Source of the DNA: Camelus ferus
Lineage: Eukaryota
Reading direction: 5' to 3'
Length of the DNA stretch: 64,000 nt
Assembly (NCBI RefSeq): GCF_009834535.1
Contig: NC_045696.1
Span: forward strand, 67,396,001-67,460,000
Position numbers and translations under genes: made by a program. Below, piece by piece: positions 58,251 to 64,000 of this stretch. Below the pieces are notes generated by a model. That model ran no database searches and had not been told where the DNA came from. It was given only the letters and a program-made list of their open reading frames with translations. Each line of letters opens with the position of its first letter. Position 1 is the stretch's first letter.

Positions 58251-61200
58251 CTCACCGCATCTTAGCCCCCAGTCAGGTAAAGCTCTATACGTGTGAGAAA
58301 CAGTGCATGTAAGACAAATTCTCCAGTCTGCGGTTGCTGCCTCTCTCATGCAGGCTTTAGCTGGTGCATTCACTGGGTCATTTAATTCTTTTCTCTATTA
58401 ATGCAAGGTCAGTCCAACCGTGTCAATACTCTGGGTAGTGAGGCCCAGGGTCTCTGGTCGCAGAGGGGGAGAACATAACGGTGGAAAACATAAGACTATT
58501 TAGGTATCATCCACTTTTAGCTCGTTGCCCAGAAATGGAGAAACTGATGCTCAAAGAGGAAGTAACTTTTGAGTTTTCCCGAATCCAGATCTAATTTAAG
58601 TCATTGTACCATAACTTCTCAGTGTCTCACAAAGACACAGGGGCAATCAAAACTGGATTTCCTGTTTTAGGAAAAAAATGTGAGCCTGGCCTGCATTTGC
58701 CCTGACCTGGTGGGGAAAGCCTGAATTAATGAGGCAACAAGGAATAAGAGGCACTTATCTCAGGGAGTTGAGGGGAGGGAGCAGTGCAACCCTAGATCCC
58801 TCAGAGCAAATCCCACAGCAAGGATGCTATCAGAAGCCCAGGGGGACTGAAGCCACATCCCTTGAGGAGTGGGACAACCTGAGGGTCTCTGCCCCCAGCC
58901 CCCCATTGCCTCTCCCTGTGCAGGTGGGCTGGAAACAGGCTGAGCCCACAGGTAAACCTGAGTGGTGCCCCCAGGGGAGGACCCATCCAGAAAGCCCCAG
59001 ATCTAGCCAGCCTCCAGGGGACACAAGGACTTGATTTCTTCCATAAACTTGCTGAAAAAAGACAGTCTCACTTCCCCCACTTTTTCCTCTGTAAAGCGTG
59101 GTAGGGCAGCCAGGGCAATTAAAGGTGATTTCATCACTGACAGACACCAGCATATTGGAACATCACTGTTTTATCTTACTTTCAAAGAAGTAGATCATTT
59201 CACCAATAAACAAGGCAAGAAAAGGGGGTTTTCTGATTTTTGGCATTAAACAGTATTTTCTCCATGAGTGCTTAAAGCACTCTATACCCGGTCATCACTT
59301 GATAGTTTATTAGATATTTTCATATTCCTTGTGGAGGAGGCAAAACAGGTACTCATTCATTCACCGGGTAGATACTAGGTAATGGCAAGGAGCTGGGCTA
59401 GATGCTGGGAAGACAAGTGCAAAACGTGGCAAAGGGGAAAACTGAGACTCAGGAAGATGATGGGATTTTGTCTAGGAGCACAGAGCTGTCCAGCAGGGGA
59501 ACTGGAACCCAGACCCAGCTCTGCCACGCGGCCGTGTCCTTGTGTCCACGTATCTCACCCCTCATCTCTGCACACAGAAACTCAGAAGGATGATCATCTC
59601 TCCCTCTTCCTTTCTTCTCCTAATTTACATATTGCTAAATGATGAAATTATACAGTACATAATTCCACAGCAACTCTGCTGCTTAAAAAAAAAATTGGGA
59701 ATGGAGTAATTAGGCAGAAAGGATTCTCAATTAGGCAGTGGATTCTGTTTCTAAAGCAGAAAATGGGGAAGAGATATTTTTTAACTGTCTCTTGCATATA
59801 TTGCCACAGAATGATTACTGCCTCAGAGAGCAGCAGCCTAGCTCTGAAATGGAACCTTCTGAGCTGGCCTCCAAGCAGAATTTTGTATCTGAGTTTCCTG
59901 CCCAGTTCCAGACCCTCAGATTTTGGAGGATCTCCGACACCAAGATAGGCAGTCAGGACCACCACTGAATTCTAGATGTCTTCTCTAGTTTTCTTTGTTT
60001 ATTTTGAGGTAGGAAATGTAAAAAGAAAAGTCCAGAGGTCTTTCTAGGATCCTTTGTGCTGGGAAGCAACAAAAAATGATGGGAAGTATCTGAGTTTTCC
60101 AGAGCTGGTCCTGAATTCCTGAGCTGCCATCTTCAAGCTGGATGGCCCTGCAGAATTCTACCTCTCAGAGCTTTAGTAGGCTAATGAACACTGGTAATTC
60201 CAACCCTATCCAAAAATAGTGAGGATGATGGGAAGCAATAGTAGGAGCTAGCATATAGTAGAAATTCTTCCTACTAAAGTTCATTTCTTTCCCTAAAAGG
60301 GGATGTTCCCTATGTTCAAATCAAGGTAAGTTTAATAATAATGGGAGGAAAAGGCAGGTTTGTCAAACTGCTATTTTGTCTGTGGCATCAGAGGATGTAA
60401 CTAGAATCAGTGGGTAGAAATTCAAGTCATATATAGCTCAGTCTAAAAAGATGATTTTTGTAGAACCGTTCAGTAGAGCTTTTCAGAAGCTGAGTTTCCC
60501 ATCACTGGAGATAAACAAGCAATGGTTCAACAACCATTTGGAAGAGATGCTTTAGGAATAATTCCAGCTGCCAGTTATAGCTGAACAATTTGACCACTTA
60601 AGACTTTTTCAAAGCTGAAATTCCATGATTCTGACTGTGGTCTTCCTTTTGTAGCATGAGGGAAAGACCAACACTGAGTTCATTTGCAAGGACTTGTCTC
60701 TGCCCCAAGGAGAATGTGCCCAGATATCTTAACTTTGAAGATCCTGTCCTTCTTCCTCCTGCATTACTGCTATGCACTGGGTTAATACAAACAGCATCTC
60801 ATCCTGTCCCTACACTATGATTTCCAGGAGACTGTTAAAGAGAATTATAGGTCAAGTTTAGACTAAGAGCAAAGGAGTGAGCCTCCTGGTTTCCCATGTC
60901 TTTTCATGCAAATTAAAATCTGAAAGGCCCCCATAATTATTCACAGTGGGATACTGGCTCTGCTGATGTGTTATTTACTTGGTTGTTCCCTGGAAGATAA
61001 ATCATCTCTTGGATATGGACACCAATAAGAAGGCCACTATTCATTGTTCCAAATTCTGCATGTTCTGCAAAGGACTACATCTTTGCCACAGTGGCCAGTA
61101 AAATCGTCCAAGTGTCTTTAATGGATAAGCCTCACAAAGCTAAATGGATTTGATGCCAGACTCTGAGTGAAACAGAAAACTTAACCAACCCACTGAGGTT

Positions 61201-62049
61201 GACACATCTTTGTATTTTCAGGGAAAGCGTAGCTTTTTCTATGAGTTTCTTGGCAAGATTCCGTTAGACTGAAATTCATTGGAAGTACATGATGGGATGA
61301 GAAACATTGATAAGAATGATCCTTCACATGGGTGCTTACACAGCCATTACTTCAAAACTTGGTTAATTAAAAATGTACAAATACCCCCCATTTTATAGTT
61401 GGTTAAGAGTTTCCCAGGAAGGAATTACATAATCCACATGTGAGGAACCACGGTATCAGAGATCAGTTGTGGTTTACAAAAAGATCTAGTCCAAATGGCT
61501 TAGAGAAATTAGCAATGCTTCTTTTTTGTGTGAAGTCTTTTGTAAAGTCAACCCTCTGTAAAAAGAGGTAAATGTGGGGCTGCTCTGGTGCCGGCAGGCA
61601 GAAGGTCAGATTTTCAGTTGAGGAAGCGGAGGCACCCGAGTTAGGAAATGACTCATTTGGGATAACACAATGGGCAGGACTGGAACCGAGACCTTTACCC
61701 ACTCAGCTGGGAAAGCACGAAGGAACTGGCAATAAAGGAAAAATAAGAGAGAAGCCCAGTCCTCAGACATCTGGGAAGCACGGGGCTCTCCAACCCTGAA
61801 AATGTATCCCACACTTCAAAATTCCGGGCCCCAGCTTTCAGACATCTGCTGGAGGGCAGAGGACAAGGAAGGGAACCTCAGTCATCAGGTTTTGAATGTT
61901 GACCTAGTCAGACTGACGAGAAGCACCAGACCACCAGGGAAGGACCCCTCCCATAGGAAAGCAGGCAGCAAACCCCCATAGTACCAGACAGTCAGCAGCT
62001 GCTCGCGAGGGGCTTCTCTAGGGGTGGTGATGCTGTGTTCCATCCTCGG

Positions 62050-62250
62050 TAAGCTATAGTTTTCAAAGGGCTTTCACATTCACTCTTTAGTGAGATCTTC
62101 CCACCAGTCCGGTAAAGCAGCAGGGGCTGGTGTCATCATCGTCATTTTACAGGAGAGGAAACTGAAACTTGGAGAAGCTAAGTGATGTGGTTCTGGCCAT
62201 AGTTAGTAAAAGGTGGCTCTTGAGTGATAACTGGGCTCTGAGTCCTTGTG
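62050..62250 (-). mobile_element. MIR SINE
   Basis: gctttcacattca..cattttacaggagaggaaactgaaacttggagaagctaagtga. Confidence 0.75.
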
Positions 62251-62682
62251 TGGTTCTCTTCCTACATCGTAGCCCCCCGGTTGCTTTGGGTGATCTGTGG
62301 CAGCCAGAAAGGAAGATGTTAGAGATCTTCCTAAACATGTTCAGGGGACATCTCTGATGTACTGGGAAGGTTCACACCTCCCTTGGTTAAGTGTCACCAT
62401 ATCCCCAAACGGTGATGACCACATGGCTGCCATAAAAACCATAATTTCCTGCTCTTTTTCCTAAATATTACTATAGGGAGAAAGGTAGAAGGAAGTCAGG
62501 CAGAGGCACATGGGAGCTGGGATTCTGTGAAGCTCATCAATTTTTAAAGTTCATGAACTTTAATCATGTTCTTCCAAAAGGAAATACAAGACCGCATGTC
62601 AAATCATTCCTAGTAGATCATCTGAGGGAGCTATGATTCTTGCTCCAGTTGGAGGAAACACAACATGCAATTAATGATTAAA

Positions 62683-62920
62683 GAATATGTATATGAATAC
62701 ACATATGAAAAATATATATGCATATGTATGTGAAAATATATATGAAAGTTATATATTTAAATAATTCACAAATAATTATGTATAAACAATATATAATATA
62801 TTTATATATTTATTATATATAATTATATAACATGCATTAAGTATAATTATAATATATTATATTTTGAATATAATATGTATTATATATTTATATATTTTAT
62901 AATATATGTTTTATATACAG
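62683..62920. repeat. AT-rich low-complexity tract (degenerate (TA)n)
   Basis: About 240 bp with very few G/C and repeated tatata/ataata units. Confidence 0.9.
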
Positions 62921-63810
62921 ACAAGGTAAATAGTTCCCAAATGCAAATAGTGTCTTGTAGTTTTGGAAAAAGTAATAAATTCACATTGATTATGTGTCAG
63001 TATTAGAAATTTTTATGATGTTATATAACATTGGCTAATTTTATGCTAGGCACTATATTAAAGGTTTTGCATATATTTATAACAATAATACTACTAACAA
63101 ATCCCTCATTTTCCATCTGACACTAGCCTTGCAGTAAGTGTGAGGACTTGATCTGAGTCCCCAGGCAGTCCTCTCCTGGTCGCACCTGCACCTCAACGTC
63201 TAGAATCCCCTATCCAGTGCTCTCAGACTACTTCCGAGCAGCCTGAGGGGGTGACTCACACGTGTTCTCATACACAGCATCATGTGGAATGTTTCATTTT
63301 GCTCCTTCCAGTTCCTTCTGTTGACTCTGACAGTGAACTGGAGGCACAATCTCCACACTGCCACTGCAAATGCAAGTGCAGGTGGCTGTCAAAGGTGCAG
63401 ACCCCACGCGTAGCTCTACCCTCAAAGCACGAGAGCGAGCTTGGGCTGCCTCCTTTTGTTTCGTAGGACGACGTTCTATGGGCCCCATATTAGAGCTGCC
63501 TGGTGCTCCTAATTCTTACAGATTTTAGTGAAACCTTGTTTTCGATTTATTATGAGCATTTTCTCTCCCGAGTTCCAGCATGAGTTGAGGCAGCAGGCAG
63601 ACCAGAGACTAATGGATACAATGTTCTGAGAATAGCCCCTCTCCTTTCCCAAAGTTCATTTTCTACAGACCTTTGTTAGAGGACCCTACTCTCTTGTCCC
63701 TTAGAAACCTCCCTTCCCAGCAGGTTTCTTGGTCACTGCTGCCAATAGGCACCTGCTGATCTGCCCCACAGACCCTCCAGTCCTCCACAGACATCCGCAT
63801 CCTAGGACGA

Positions 63811-63860
<50 letters not shown>

Positions 63861-63884
63861 TTTTTTTTTTATATATATGTGTGT
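63811..63884. repeat. Compound microsatellite (AC)14(AT)11 T10 (AT)4(GT)3
   Basis: Read directly from the sequence. Confidence 0.95.
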
Positions 63885-64000
63885 ATGTACATACATCCAC
63901 AGATGATAAATTGTTCAATTGTGCCATACTAGCAACTGGAGGATACAATTTAGTTGAATGCAAATAACCGTGAGGTAGATTCTTAGGCTGTCTGGCCAAA

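Noticed and set aside
1..64000. Prokaryotic-type systems (CRISPR arrays, operons, defence islands)
   Set aside because: The sequence is clearly mammalian; no regularly spaced direct repeats or gene-dense segments were seen

Overview
Mammalian non-coding DNA, very probably from a camelid. The evidence is a tRNA-Ala-like Vic-1-type SINE at 57862, several young cetartiodactyl-type L1 3' ends, and no primate Alu or ruminant Bov-A/BovB elements that I could recognise. No protein-coding gene can be supported: the ORF track looks spurious, and the only recognisable peptide is a dead L1 endonuclease fragment. The window is an intergenic or intronic stretch dense in ancient MIR/L2, MaLR (MLT1) LTRs and old L1M pieces. 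It has one roughly 1 kb CpG island (about 31545-32505) with no visible gene and one near-consensus CTCF site (26452). About ten repeat-free blocks rich in homeodomain/TCF/SOX/POU motifs resemble developmental enhancers. The structures least explained by the repeats are a perfect 37-bp inverted repeat pair 695 bp apart (47068-47836), a perfect 17-bp hairpin (24886-24926) and a nested palindrome inside the enhancer-like block at 17.5 kb. I found no convincing new biological system. Repeat families and boundaries were assigned by eye from remembered consensus sequences and are approximate unless a target-site duplication (TSD) is quoted. Conservation of the enhancer-like blocks is inferred, not measured.
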